Origin: Eledone cirrhosa
Taxonomy: Eukaryota
NCBI GenBank assembly: GCA_964016885.1
Contig: OZ024740.1
Coordinates: 158,782,001 to 158,846,000, forward strand
Direction of reading: 5' to 3'
DNA length: 64,000 bases
A model generated the notes under the pieces. It was not told the origin of the DNA. It made no database searches and saw only the letters and a list, made by a program, of their open reading frames with translations. This document shows, piece by piece, positions 44,239 through 57,547 of this stretch. The position numbers and the translations under genes are program-made. Position 1 is the first letter of the stretch; the number at the start of each line of letters is the position of its first letter.

Positions 44239-44392
44239 CAGTGCAGGATTTAGGACAGATGAGGCTGTGCTAGTTAAGTTATGAGGTCCCTTACTTGGGC
44301 CCTGAAGGAGGTTAAACATTTTTTTGGCAGGAAGATGGTCTTCCCTGGCCATCAGGGCCCTGTGCTTAAGTACAATAGTAAATCCAGCACTG
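44239..44392. mobile_element. hAT-type MITE inserted in a SINE tail
   Basis: TIR CAGTGCAGGATTTA / TAAATCCAGCACTG; 8 bp TSD ACTGTCAC/ACTGTCAA. Confidence 0.8.
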
Positions 44393-44632
44393 ACTGTCAA
44401 CTGAATCTCTATGAGAATTTCATTAAGGGGATATGTTTGTGGAATGCTCAGCTACTTGCATATTATATTCATGAGCTGGTTGTTCCATTGATCAAACAAC
44501 TGAAGCACTCATCGTTGAAACTGATTGAGGTCCAACGTACACATTTGCCAATCCGTTCCCCCTCTTTTTTTATGTTAGCGGGGATGTAATTTGAGGGAGA
44601 TTTAACTACTGCCATTTCTAGTTGATCAAATG

Positions 44633-44664
<32 letters not shown>

Positions 44665-44976
44665 TATGGAGTAAGATTTCCATTATACACACATTATGAA
44701 TAAATGCAGCAATTTTCTGAACAGCTATTGGAGGGATTTTTGATGACATCACATAAGCTGCAATAAATGGGGGGGGGGGGGGGGGGGCATCAGAAGGAAG
44801 GAAGGGGCCCTGATGTTTGGGAGGGGGAGTTGGGCAATAAAAATCTTGCCCTTTTTCAATCGAAACATTAAAAAGAAAATGAAAAAAAAAAAAAACCCCT
44901 AATTGTTATATAGCATGCAACAGTAACTCCCACATTAGGAACATTTTGTTTGTTTGTTGTTGGTCTAATAGGGACT

Positions 44977-45016
<40 letters not shown>

Positions 45017-45124
45017 GCCATCACAGAATCTTATCCAACAAACATATCTTACTTTTAAAACAGTAGTCTGTGAGTTGAAGGTGATTTGGCTGCTGTTTCT
45101 AGCAAACGCGTCTAGTTAAAACTC

Positions 45125-45505
45125 AGTCTGTTACTTTGTTTAATTTAGTGAGCATTTATTTAATCTGTTGTTCTATTTAATTTTGTGAACATTGAATTTG
45201 TTATTCTCTTTAGTTTAGTAAACATTGAATCTATTATTCCACTTAGTTTAGTGAACACTAAATCTGTTATTCTGTTTAATTTGATGAACATTAAATCCCT
45301 TCTGTTTAGTTTAATGAATTTTGAATCTCTTATTCTGTTTAGTTTAGTGAACACTGAATCTGTTATTCTGTTTAATTTAGTGAATATGAAATCTCTTTTT
45401 CTGTTTAATTTAATGAACCCTGAATCTTTTATTCTGATTAGTTTAGTGAACACTGAATCTATTCTGTTTAGCTTAGTAAACATTTGATCTCTTATTCTGT
45501 TTAAT
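45125..45505. repeat. Degenerate minisatellite of about 33 bp, about 11 copies
   Basis: Unit TTTAGTGAACACTGAATCTGTTATTCTGTTTAA. Confidence 0.85.
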
Positions 45506-48149
45506 TGTTACAGCTTACATCTGCATAGTTTTAGTCAGGTTTCTCTCAGGTTGCATGTCGTAGGAGGTCTCTTAGGCATTTTAATGATAGGGGGCCTACA
45601 GTCATATCATGTCATAATTTTTTCTAGTGACAGGAGGTGGGATTTGAACTCACATACACAGATTCAGAACAGATACAATTTGGCATCCTTTCCGACCACT
45701 CTCTAACAACTTTGTTAATCCACAATGCTTGACTGGTACTTTGTTTATCAACCTCGCAAAGGATGAAAGGTAAAGTTGACCATGACGGGATTTGAACTCA
45801 GATGCCAAAGAGCCAGAACAAATACCACAAGGCATTTAATCTGATGCTGTAAGCTCTCTACTAGTTCACAATTTAGTTTTGGCTACATTGAAGTCTGTTT
45901 AGTCAACAACATTGAATATTATATTGAGTAACACCAGATATATGTAGTAGCAACTCTGTGTCAACATATCAGTTTACATTGAAATAACTTTGCCTTCCAT
46001 CCTTACGGGGTCGATAAAATAAAGTACCAGTAATGCACTGGGTATTTGCTGGCCTTGTGCCTAAAGTAGAAACAATTATTATAGTGAACACTGAATTTTG
46101 GTATTTACATTGAGCTGTATTTATTTTGTTTATATAATTAGATGAATGATTTAATATCATTAAGGTAGTGAATTGGCAGAGTTGTTAGAGGGTCTGGTTA
46201 AAAATATCTCAGTATTTGTTCTGGCTCAATGTGTTCTGAGTTAGAATCTTGCCGACGTCAATTTTGCCTTTCATCCTTTTGAGGTCAATAAATAAATTAC
46301 CAGTCCCATACTAGGGTTCATTCTTTCTCTTTCTTTATTTGGAAGAAATCGACATTAAGACCTGACAAGACAGCACACCTAGGACCCTCAAGAGTTAAGG
46401 GCTTTTTACTTTATCTTATCATAAATATCATCATCATCATTTAGCATCTGTTTTCTTTGCTAGCAATCATTGGCTGGGTTATAATTGCAGCTACTGAGCT
46501 TTCAGTCAGTCTTGGGGCCCTATCTTGCTTACATACATTTCTGCACTTTACAGAGTGCACTGGATGCATTTCATCACAGTACCTGCACTAGGGAGGCCTG
46601 GCGAGTATTCTACAACTGGTTGTCTTTCATATCACCGACCAATTTATAGAGTGTACACCAAGTTGTATTTCTTTTGTTTATATTGTTAAATGAATGGTTT
46701 AACAATATTTTAATATTTATTGCATAAATAGTGGGCGTTGGATTAGAGGAATCAGTAGAGCATCGGACACAATGCTTCGCGGCATAGTTACATGCCTTTA
46801 CGTTCTGAGTTCAAATCCCGCCAAGGTTAGCTTTGCCTTTCATCTTTATGGGCTCGATTAAATAAAGTACTATTAACACAATTTAATTGACTTGCCTCTA
46901 CTCCAAAATTGTTGACATTGTGCCTAAATCAGAAACCAATAAGTATACTGTATTTACTTCAGCAGCTGGTATAGTCACTGTCTCCGTCATTCTCGCTCTC
47001 CCCATCTCTCACTATTATAAACACTTTATCCTAAAATGTTTATATTTATCAACAAGCCTTTCATTTTAATTTTACGTAAGAATATTTGTTGATTTATGTT
47101 CTAAACATCATTTTAATAATAATGAGAAAATTATATTACTAAATTCTTCCAAGTTTTTCATTACTTTCAAAATTAGTTTTATATGACAGGCAGTGGCTTC
47201 TTGCATTAGAAATGGTGATACAAGTGTTAACTGACTACCAATGCGACATACATCTGTTTGACCAGGGTTGACATGAGGCTTTCTTCTTCCTTTTTTCATA
47301 TGTGCACAGAGAAACACACACAATGGGGATTTATGGGTGATAGACTTAAACTGTCTCTCAGTTTAACACTTTCATCACATGGCACCTTAGGTGCTTTACA
47401 GGCCTGTCCTCTGGTTTGAGGTTAACTTCTCTTCTGTTTACCATTCTCTTAAAACTTTAGCATTTAAACTGGCTGTATCTGGCCAGAATTCTCTTACCTC
47501 TTTCTGTTCAAACTGGCCGTAACAGACCACTCATCCCAACGTTAAGGTATTGTTTTCAAAATAAATATCAAAATCTCATAGATTCGATAAATATGAGATG
47601 AATATGTGAGGTAAAGCCTTTACTGTGAAAATACAATAGTAAATATAGAGTAATGTAAATACTAAAGGGTTAAGTGATAACATAATGAAATAAGATAAAT
47701 TGCTACTGATTCTTTGATGATGTATATATACTTGTGTAATGGTTGTTTTTATGATAATTTCATGTGGCAGTATGGTGTTGGATTAAAAGCACCTCAGTAT
47801 TTGTTCCAGCTCTTACTTCGTCCTGAGTTCAAATCCTGTCAAGGTCAATTTTGTGGTCAATAAATAAAGCCCTAGTCCAGTATTAAGGATGATTCATGTT
47901 CTGACTTGGAGAGTGACGGTCTCTGTCATATTTAAAATGACCAAGACACTCTCTGTATTAGGACAATGCCTCGACAACTGAATCAGGATCTAAGGGCCCA
48001 TTACTTTTTTTTTACCATATGATACCACACGAATATGTATTGAATGGGCTTGAAAGACAATGGTTGTAGAAGGAAATGTATGTACTGTTGTGAATATTAC
48101 ATTTATGTTTACATGTACATACTAGTGATAAAAGCTGACTTTTGCATAA

Positions 48150-48528
48150 TTGCAATAACACAGGACCGTGATCTCTGGCATTATGCAATAATACAGAAGA
48201 CTTGCCTTCCCATGTGCACGAGTTGAGGCATATCTTTCCCCGCCACAATCCCTTCCATACAACACCGACGTTGTAACACCCCACCCAAACCCCAGTCCAT
48301 TTTGTAAAGTGGTCATTTTGGTGACACAACAAAAAGTACCCAGCCCACACTGTAAAGTGGTGATGTTCGTGACACAACACAAAGCACATAGTACACACTT
48401 TTGAAGGGCATCCAGCTGTAGAAACCAAGCCAAAATCAGTTCTGTATGAGCAAAAGATGGTCATCTGACATGGTTTGTCTAACCCATGCTAGCATGGAAA
48501 AGTGGACTTTAAACTGGCGATAATGATG
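48150..48528 (+). mobile_element. RTE 3' end, diverged
   Basis: GACCGTGATCTCTGGC ORF end, GAAGGGCATCCAGCTGTAGAAA, terminal hairpin. Confidence 0.8.
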
Positions 48529-48988
48529 CATTAACCTATGTAAAGAATAACTAAACATTTAAACATTTCCGGGACCATATTTCTGATGAAATGCACTACT
48601 CAAGTGTATTAATTAAAAAACATTATATCATATATATATTTATTAGTGTATATGACAACGTATATCCATGTGTATATATCTGTATGCATTGATTTTACAG
48701 TCTCCTTCTCAACAAGGAAGATGAAAAAACTTACCTCAACACTTCATTTTAAATCTTTAATTTTTAATCCTTATTAATTCTTTTTAATTGTAATACTCAA
48801 CATTTGATAAGACGAATTTTACTAATACATCGAAACATGTAATATTTTATATACTTTATATACATTATAAAACTCTTTTTTAATAGAATTGTCCCTCTCA
48901 TTTTTATAATAATGCCACTTTGACGAATCAAAGAAAGGAAAAAAAAATAAGAAAAACAGACCCTTAAATATATTTTCAGTAAAAATAT

Positions 48989-49205
48989 TTAGTAAAAAGG
49001 AAAAGAGAATGCTGACAAATTAGCCCCAGTGAAAAATAGTTTAATTAGGAATAAGTATAAATTAGTAATAAGTATTAGTTAGTATTCAGTTTTTAAAACT
49101 AAAACTGAATACTAACTAATACTTATTACTAATTTATACTTATTCCTAATTAAACTATTTTTCACTGGGGAAAATTTGTCAGCATTTTCTTTTCCTTTTT
49201 ACTAA
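48989..49205. repeat. Near-perfect palindrome, about 105 bp arms, 7 nt loop
   Basis: Axis at 49097; only a few mismatches. Confidence 0.95.
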
Positions 49206-49298
49206 TATATCACAACTCGTGTGTCACACCTCTAATTTTTTTTAAATATATATATACAATGTATTAATAAATGGAAACTATATTTATAAAACCATATT

Positions 49299-49364
49299 TA
49301 TTTTATTATATATATTTCAAGGGCAACCAAGGCAAATTATGGTGCGCTTTCATCAGATAAAATA
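49299..49364 (-). ncRNA. Minimal type I hammerhead ribozyme
   Basis: Exact mirror of 49552-49617. Confidence 0.8.
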
Positions 49365-49551
49365 CAGATTTTTTAAATAAATAAATATTGACATACCCGG
49401 AAAAAAGACAACCTTAACGGTTGGAGCTTCCTGGATAGTGGAGATAATATTTTATTATGAATAAAATATTATCTCCACTATCCAGGAAGCTCCAACCGTT
49501 AAGGTTGTCTTTTTTCCGGGTATGTCAATATTTATTTATTTAAAAAATCTG

Positions 49552-49617
49552 TATTTTATCTGATGAAAGCGCACCATAATTTGCCTTGGTTGCCCTTGAA
49601 ATATATATAATAAAATA
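49552..49617 (+). ncRNA. Minimal type I hammerhead ribozyme
   Basis: TATTTTAT-CTGATGA-aagcgcacc...ggttgccctt-GAAA-TATATA-TA-ATAAAATA; 8 bp stem I; palindromic stem III; predicted cut after 49609. Confidence 0.85.
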
Positions 49618-49831
49618 AATATGGTTTTATAAATATAGTTTCCATTTATTAATATATTGTGTATTTACGCCACTAAACTGTTGAGTGCTTTATATCAGTT
49701 ATAAAAATGTTTAAGCTTGTTGAATCCCAACAAATTAAATATAACCTCTGCATATATATATAAATTACACAAGTATCAAAGTTATGTTCAAATCATTTAA
49801 TCGCTGACAATTGTTTATAGTATAGTATCTT

Positions 49832-49865
<34 letters not shown>

Positions 49866-49866
<1 letters not shown>

Positions 49867-50082
49867 AAGGTTATATTTAAATTGTTGGAATAAAACAAAT
49901 TATAAAACAAATTTTGTATTTTATCTGATGAAAGCGCACCAAAATTTGCCTTGATTGCCCTTGAAATCATCATCATCATCATATTCGTTTAACGTCCATT
50001 TTCCACGCTAGCATGGGTTAGACGGGATATATATAATAAAATAATTATGGTTTTATAAATATAGTTTCCATTTATTAATATA

Positions 50083-50086
<4 letters not shown>
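49866..50086 (+). mobile_element. P1-family copy whose hammerhead (49917-50043) is split by a 59 bp RTE tail (49968-50026, minus)
   Basis: ...CCCTTGAAAT|CATCATCATC...GACGGG|ATATATATAATAAAATA. Confidence 0.85.
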
Positions 50087-50118
<32 letters not shown>

Positions 50119-50249
50119 ATGCATGCACACACACTCATACAGAGATATATGAAAGTGTTTCCAGATTTTACATAAGATATTTAAAAGGAAGTGTATTCAG
50201 GGGAGGTAACTCACATGTTTACATGTTTTTGTGTGCACATGTGTTTTAT

Positions 50250-50433
50250 AACGCTCTAGCCAATGTATGTTCAATTGCGCCGAACGTCACGAAATCGGGG
50301 TATTGATTCCACTCACCAAGAGATGGACATGTCTCCAACCTTCAACCGCATCCACGGCTGACTAGACTAGTCAGCTGGCTTCGTCTTTGTTTACTTAACA
50401 GACAGATACACAATACCACAACAAACGGTACGT
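50250..50433 (+). promoter_or_regulatory. Candidate promoter and non-coding first exon
   Basis: AGCCAAT box near 50258, ACGTCAC half-CRE, local CpG enrichment in unique sequence, donor ACG|GTACGT at 50427/50428. Confidence 0.35.
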
Positions 50434-51142
50434 ACATTTGTTGAAATTCATAAACTTATAAATAGCTGGATATAAAGAACTGAAAAAAACTACAAGCAAA
50501 TGGGTGAGCATCTCCTTATTCGATCGATCTGTTCAAAATATCAGTCAATTCTCACACAAATCACACTCTAGCGCTTAGAAAAGGAATAGTACGTTGGTTA
50601 ATGTTGTCCTCGATAGATCATGCATAAAAAAAATGACTGATTTATTATGGCTAGAAAACCTTTGATCACAGTTGGAATGATATGTGCTGACCTGGGGCTA
50701 AACAATAAGAACATCTACTACTATAATTTCTAATACTGCTAGTACTCGTTAAAGCTGGCAAGAGATTATTTGAACTGTCTTTAAACAAAACGAAACAACA
50801 ACAAAAAATACAAAACTACCGTGGATAATGTGGTCATAGATATAGTGTATGAAAAAAGTGTTAGTCTCAACTGTCATAGGTTTGCTTTAAAACGGTCTGA
50901 TTCGGCGCTAAACAACAATGAGGAACGAAATAAGTATATCTTAAAATAGTTATATAAACTCCATTCACTTAGTAAGACCATTCAAAAACGTTTTCTTTAC
51001 ATTATCACTCTCCGCTCTTTTTTCAATATAATATCCCTCACTAACCGCTGTCTGTCTTTCTCAGTCATAGTATGTAGGTGTGTTAGTGGATACGGACACA
51101 CACACAGATATAGCTATGTATTTATGTATGTGTATATGCATG

Positions 51143-51189
<47 letters not shown>

Positions 51190-51254
51190 TTATATATGTA
51201 TACATACACACTCACATATCTATGGGTGTGTATGTGTGTGCGTGCTTGTTTATA

Positions 51255-51329
51255 CAGGGTGTCTTAAAAGTTACTATTTTGATGCACGCATTGCTATTCA
51301 AAATATTTAGTGACTGTTGAGACACCCTG
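51255..51329. mobile_element. 75 bp Tc1/mariner-type MITE
   Basis: TA-CAGGGTGTCT ... AGACACCCTG-TA. Confidence 0.8.
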
Positions 51330-51370
51330 TATGTGTGTGTGTATATATGTGTGTGTGTATATATGTATAC

Positions 51371-51603
51371 TTCGTTTTTGAATTTGTTTTGCAAGATTTC
51401 TTATCTGAAAGCGTGTGTTGAAACAGATATTGTTATACCTTGGGATTGTGATGCTGTAAATAAAAACATGCACGTGTTGGTTTTCACTTCAATTTATTAT
51501 AAATTTCTGGTTGGTTGGTTCGATAACCGGGTGGTTGTTTATATATATTTATCTATAATATATTGAAGTGAAAACTTATTGGCAGCATGACACTCCGAAA
51601 GTA

Positions 51604-51608
<5 letters not shown>
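51371..51608 (+). repeat. Dispersed repeat (family of 7418-7940) with terminal inverted piece
   Basis: 51562-51608 is reverse-complementary to internal family sequence. Confidence 0.7.
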
Positions 51609-51645
<37 letters not shown>

Positions 51646-51693
51646 AATGGAAACTATATAAATACATGGAAACTATATTTATAAAACCACATT

Positions 51694-51755
51694 TATTCTA
51701 TTATATATATTTCCAGGGTACCAAAAACTTTGGTACACTTTCATCAGATAAAATA
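51694..51755 (-). ncRNA. Minimal type I hammerhead ribozyme
   Basis: Mirror of 51857-51918 with two stem II substitutions; CTGATGA and GAAA intact. Confidence 0.7.
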
Positions 51756-51856
51756 CAAAGTGTGTTTTATAAATTTTTGACATAGCCAAGGAAGGAAAAT
51801 TCAACTGATAAGGTATGTTTCCTTGGCTATGTCAAAAATTTATAAAACACACTTTG

Positions 51857-51918
51857 TATTTTATCTGATGAAAGCGTACCAAAGTTTTTGGTACCCTTGA
51901 AATATATATAATAGAATA
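51857..51918 (+). ncRNA. Minimal type I hammerhead ribozyme
   Basis: TATTTTAT-CTGATGA-aagcGTACCAAAgttTTTGGTACcctt-GAAA-TATATA-TA-ATAGAATA (U-G pair keeps stem I). Confidence 0.85.
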
Positions 51919-52052
51919 AATATGGTTTTATAAATATAGTTTCCATTTATTTAATATCATTGAATATTTACTCCAGAAAACTGTCGAGTGTTCTGAATCA
52001 GTTATAAACATTTATATTTGTTGAATTTCCAACAAATTAAATATCCCTTCTA

Positions 52053-52107
<55 letters not shown>

Positions 52108-53004
52108 TAGCGTGGAAAATGGACGTTAAACGATGATGATAGTGATATATATATATTTATAAAAATCAGGATGGATTCATTTTGAAACTGGTTAGACTAT
52201 TACTTACCAGAGTACTCGATATTTGGGGTAGCTGACTCTTTATTATATATATATATATAATCATCATCATTTAACGTCCATCTTTCATGCTTGCATGGGT
52301 TTGATGGGTCGTCTACGTTATGAGTCAAGTTTGGTTAGAGACCAAGTTTATCAAGAAGCAAGCTGATGAGTTCTTATGACACTAAAGATCTATTTTTCTT
52401 GTTAGGTTACTGTCTTAACCCTTTAGCATTTAAACCGCCCGTATCTAGCCAGAATTCTCTCACTTTCTGTTTAAACCATCTGATGTTAAGGTATTGTTCT
52501 CAAAATAAATAACATCACAATCTCATAGATTCGATATTATGTGAGATAATTATGTAAGATAAAGCCTTCACCACAAAAATACAATAGTATATATAGAGTA
52601 ATGTAAATGCAAAAGGGTTAATCCTTTCTACATTATTTTTAAATTTATTTTTCGCAATTCTCCAAACTTTCGGCTTCATCGATCTCATTCCAGCTTTTTT
52701 CTCCTCTTCTCTCTCTCTATACCCCTCTCATTTCTCATCTCATGCTTTAGAGACTCTTTCTTCCTTTCTCTGTTCAATATGAGGTTATATCTAAACCCGA
52801 TTTGTTACTATACATATAGTAGTCAGCTGTTTACAGCTACATATTGCGCTGAGAACCCTACAATTTTATGAAAATTCATATACACTCAACACTTCAAACC
52901 TTTTCAATTTATGTATACATATTACACACACACACACACACACACAATATATTTATTTCTATTTTGCCTTCCAGCTGAGGGGCTGAGGTCATGCTGGATA
53001 CATA

Positions 53005-54905
53005 TTATCATCATCATTATTATCATCACCGTTTTTAACATCCATTTTTCCACACTAGCATGGGTTAGATGAGTTATCCCATTCTGAGAGAAGCCAGATC
53101 AGATGACTGTTTCTGGCTTGGTTTCTATGACTGGATGCCGTTACTAACACCAACCATATTGTGAAGTGGGCACTTTTTGTCGTGACACCTACTCAACCAC
53201 TTTACAGTGTGGACTGGGCGCTTTTTGTCATGGCACCCACAAGACCACTTTACAGTGTGGAGTGGCAGTTGGTGAGGTATTGGAGAGGCAGATTTAGGGT
53301 ATGGGACTTATTTAGCGAAGAGTAGGGACGTGGATGAGGAGTGGAGTGTTGGGGAAAGGGTGTTATAATGTAGGAGGGGTATGGAACAGGGAGGGAAGTG
53401 GTGCATACTAGATGTATACATGAACCTGAGCACATGGAAAGGCAGTCATCTGTATTACTGCATAATGCCAGAGATCTTGGTCTTGTGTCATTGCCTTTGA
53501 GATGTTTAATTGTGCAAGGTCAGCTTTTATCATCTCATCCAAAGTTTTCCTAGCTCTTCTTACTCCATAGTTTCCTTCCACCTTGAGCACCCTGCACCTT
53601 TTTATACAACTGTTATCCTTCATACGCATCTCATGTCCATACCAACGCATTCTCCTCTCCCGCACACTGCATCTGATCCCTTCTATACCCAGTTTCTCTC
53701 TCAGTTCAATTATCCTTCATTTATTTCCAATTTTCTCAGGTCCTCTGCACACAGTACCCAGGTCTGACTACCATGCAACATTGCTGTTTGTATACATGCA
53801 TCATACAACTTGCCCTTCATTTTGTGAGGAACCTTTGGGTATTTAAAGGGGCTAGTATTCTGTGGGCTCTTGCTACTTACTGCACCTGTGCAATGACCAC
53901 ATATCAAACCTGGATTCTTTGCTAACCTACCCAAAGTCCACTACATCTCTTGTAGATCCAAAATTTGCACTTGGGGCATAGGACAGAATTTCTACCTACT
54001 GCTTTCCTGCACACTGAGCAAGGCCATTTCCCTAAGGGAATCTGGGTCCTGTTTTCCTTTTTATGTACTAGGACTTTAGTTTTTGCCAAGTTGACTTTAA
54101 GATCTATAGATTCTAGGTCTTGCTTCCAAATTTGAAATTTCTTTTCTAGTTCTGCCATAGATTCAGCTATAAGGATTAGGTTATCTGCATACAGGAATTT
54201 CCATGGGCAGAAAGTCTTAAACTCTTTTCTTGTAGCCTGCAGGACAATGTTAAACAGGAGATGGTTAAGAACTGAGCCCTGATGGACACCTACCTGCATG
54301 CTAAATTCTTCACTATAGTCGTTATTAATTCTAACCATGCTGACTGTTCCTTTATAAATGGCTTGTACTGCTTTCACAAGCCTCTCATCAATTCCTAGTT
54401 TTCTAAGAGTCCACCAGATAATGGAATGGGGGATTCTGTCAAAAGCTTTCTCCAGGCCAACAAATGCCAAGTAGAGGGGTTTACTTTAAGCTAGGTTCTT
54501 CTGCAGTTGTCTCATATGGAAGAGGGCACTAATGGTACTTTTACCTGGCACTAATCCAAACTGCATCTCATCTAGGTTAACTTAGTCTCTGATCAGCTGT
54601 ACTATAATTCTTTCTGTGAACTTCATGACCTGGTCAATCAACTTGATGCCTCTATAGTTTTCTCTGTCTAGAGCATCTCCTTTGCTCTTGTAGCTGTTGA
54701 TGATGCTTCTTCTACACTAATAATTGGGAATGACTCCATTTTGTATTACTCGGTTTACAGTATGAGTGGCTAAGGCATGATCCATCATGCCAGATACTTT
54801 CAGCATCTCATCAACTATCCCTGATAGTCCAGTTGGTTCGCCTGTCTTTATATCCTTGATTACCTGACAATGCTACTGCTGACTCATACAGCTGTTCCCT
54901 CTGTT
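53005..54905 (-). mobile_element. Older RTE LINE, degenerate
   Basis: FVGLEKAFD, GVHQGSVL, YADN, WPCSVC; frameshifts; tail at 53005-53070. Confidence 0.9.
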
Positions 54906-54949
54906 GTGTTTACCTATGTGTATATTATATATTACTTATATTATATATA

Positions 54950-55240
54950 TCATCATCATCATCTTACATCCATTTTCCATGCTAGCATGGGTTAGACGAG
55001 TTGTCCTGTTGTGGGCAATGCTAGGTCAGGTGACCATGTCCCGTTCATACAGGACTGATTTTGGCTTGGTTTCTACAGCTGGATACCCTTCCTAACACCA
55101 ACCTCATTTACAGTGAGTACTGGGTGCTTTTTGTTGTAATGCCTACACAATCACTGGGTGCTTTTCGTCGTCATACTTGCACGACCCCTATACAGTTTAA
55201 GGGTAGGGTGGGGCAGGGCATACTGCATATATGTTTCAGC
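54950..55240 (-). mobile_element. RTE 3' UTR fragment
   Basis: (ATC)n followed by the terminal hairpin and GGATACCCTTCCTAACACCAACC. Confidence 0.8.
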
Positions 55241-55916
55241 TTCGTATATATATATTATATATATAACGCACGCACACACACACACACACACACATTCACA
55301 CTCACACTCTCACACACACACACTCTCACACACACACATACACTTCTTTGTTTCTTTGTCCTCGAAACACATTGTCTGTCGTAGTCTGAAATCAGCTGTA
55401 AATTACAAAACAATACTATAACAATTGTTTGTAATGTAGGCAGAAAGCCAGGAATTTGATAGGGTTGGTTAGTCATTTAAATCAATCTCATTACTTTATT
55501 TTATCAACCCTGGAATGATGAAAAGTGAAGTTAACTTTGGCTCTGTTTGAACTTAAAACGTAATGAGTTGGAATAACTACTGCAAGGCATTTTGTCTGTT
55601 GTTCTAAGGACCTGTCAGTATGTCATCATTGAAACAAGATCCAGTTCATACATTTAATTCCTCTCTTTTATTATTGCGTATTTATCTGGAGATCTTTATT
55701 AAAGAATGCACAATTGAACATGATTTTAGACGGACGTTAATCCTTGAGAATAAAGGTTTTAATTATTTAATGGAAATGCTCATAATAATGATTTCTACTA
55801 TAGGCACAAGGCCAGCAATATGGATGAATGGCAAAGCTAACCTCGGTGGGATTTGAACTCAGAATGTAAAGGGACGTAACTCTGCACGCACACACACACA
55901 CACATGCATACACAAA

Positions 55917-55959
<43 letters not shown>

Positions 55960-56404
55960 AGTAGGCTTCTGCACAGTTTCTTTCTCTCAATTTTCCGTCA
56001 CAAAACATTGGTTGGTCCTATATAATCATATAAAAAAAAAATTTCAAATGATGATGTGCTTTGGGATTGAACTCAAAACCTTGTTGTTGGAAACCAAGCT
56101 TCTTAACTGCACTGCTATCCCCACAAGGGGCCGATAAATAGATAAACATTTCTGGCATCAAAGAAATGTGCTGAACCATTAAATCTCTATTCTCCTATTA
56201 TACTTAGCTCCGCTCTGCTACATTTTCTGCAAAAAGTAAAAAGAAAGCCTCCTCCTTAACATCCTGCCCTGCCCAGTTATTTGTACATTTTGGCACAGAC
56301 TCACCTAACCTTGTACAGACATAGGAATGAAGGTGGTTGAGGCAAAGGATGGTAAGGAGGAGGAGAAAGAAGAGTGGGTATGTTTGTATACACACAGAGG
56401 TATA

Positions 56405-56695
56405 TATATATCACAACATCCAGTCCAAATAAATGAGATCGAGATTGTGTAGGTGTCACGACAAAAAGACAAACAAACAAAAAAAAAACACACAGTCTAT
56501 GCTGTAATGTGGTCGTGTAGATAACACAGTAAAAAGTTCCCAGTTCCACATTGTAAATGTGGTTGGTGTTAGGAAGGGCATCCAGCCGTAGAAAGCCTGC
56601 CAGATAGGCCTATATGAGCGAGACACGGTCACCCGACCAACTTTGTCTCCCATGCTAGCGTGGAGGATAGACGTTAAACGAAGATGATTATGATA
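56405..56695 (+). mobile_element. RTE 3' UTR fragment
   Basis: Homologous to 11820-12107. Confidence 0.85.
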
Positions 56696-56740
56696 TGTAT
56701 ATATATAATAATAAAATGTGGAGAGGAAGCACACGAGTTA

Positions 56741-56804
<64 letters not shown>

Positions 56805-56819
56805 ACAGGGAGAAAGAGA

Positions 56820-57130
56820 CGATTATTAGGAAGAAAAATATATTTTTTTCCTTTTTTGTTTCTCTCTCTCTTTTTTCTGGGTTAGAAAATGATTAAAACG
56901 AAATGTTTTTGTGTGAAGTGCTAAGGTATTAGTTGATTTATTTATTATTTAACAATGGCATTTATTTATCTATTTAGCTAAATAAATGCCATTGTTAAAT
57001 AATAAATAAATCAACTAATACCTTAGCACTTCACACAAAGTAAAACATTTTGTTTTAATCGTTTTCTAACCCAGAAGAAAGAGAGAGAGAAACAAAAAAG
57101 GAGAAAAATATATTTTCTTCCTAATAATCG
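56820..57130. repeat. Long palindrome, about 150 bp arms, 10 nt loop
   Basis: 56820-56968 versus 56979-57130; embedded in (TA)n. Confidence 0.93.
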
Positions 57131-57302
57131 GATATATGTATATATATATATATAAGTATATATATATGTATATGTATATATATGTATATATATATATATG
57201 TATATGTATATATATATGTATATATATATGTATATATATATGTATATATATATGTATATATATATGTATATGTATATATATATGTATATATATATGTATA
57301 TA

Positions 57303-57342
<40 letters not shown>

Positions 57343-57377
57343 ATATAAGATCAAAAGATGGTTAAAGGAGTTCAATA

Positions 57378-57448
57378 TATTTTATTATGCGCATTTCAAA
57401 AACAAACATCATCAAACAATAATATTTGTGTTTTCATCAGATAAAACA
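57378..57448 (-). ncRNA. Minimal type I hammerhead ribozyme
   Basis: Mirror of 57548-57618. Confidence 0.8.
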
Positions 57449-57547
57449 GGAGAACATGATATGAAGGCTAAAAAAAAAAACACTTGTTGATAGTGCAGTT
57501 TTAAATCAACATATCAATTTTTTTTTAGCCTTCATATCATGTTCTCC

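Larger units (their letters stand above)
49256..49752. mobile_element. Palindromic twin-hammerhead mini-element P1 (201 bp arms, 3 nt loop, unique 3' tail)
   Basis: 49256-49456 is the reverse complement of 49460-49660 (one mismatch seen); tail contains CTGTTGAGTGCTTT. Confidence 0.85.
51643..52054. mobile_element. Palindromic twin-hammerhead mini-element P2
   Basis: Arms 51666-51793 and 51819-51946, 25 nt spacer, tail with CTGTCGAGTGTTCT; homologous to P1; (TA)n flanks. Confidence 0.85.

Noticed and set aside
45160-45487. Repetitive ORFs on both strands
   Set aside because: Arise from a 33 bp minisatellite; no splice or start context
49256-49660. Interpretation of the long palindromes as foldback/MITE DNA transposons
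   Set aside because: Asymmetric one-sided tail, variable arm ends between relatives, no TSD, and hammerhead cores favour a PLE-like retroelement origin
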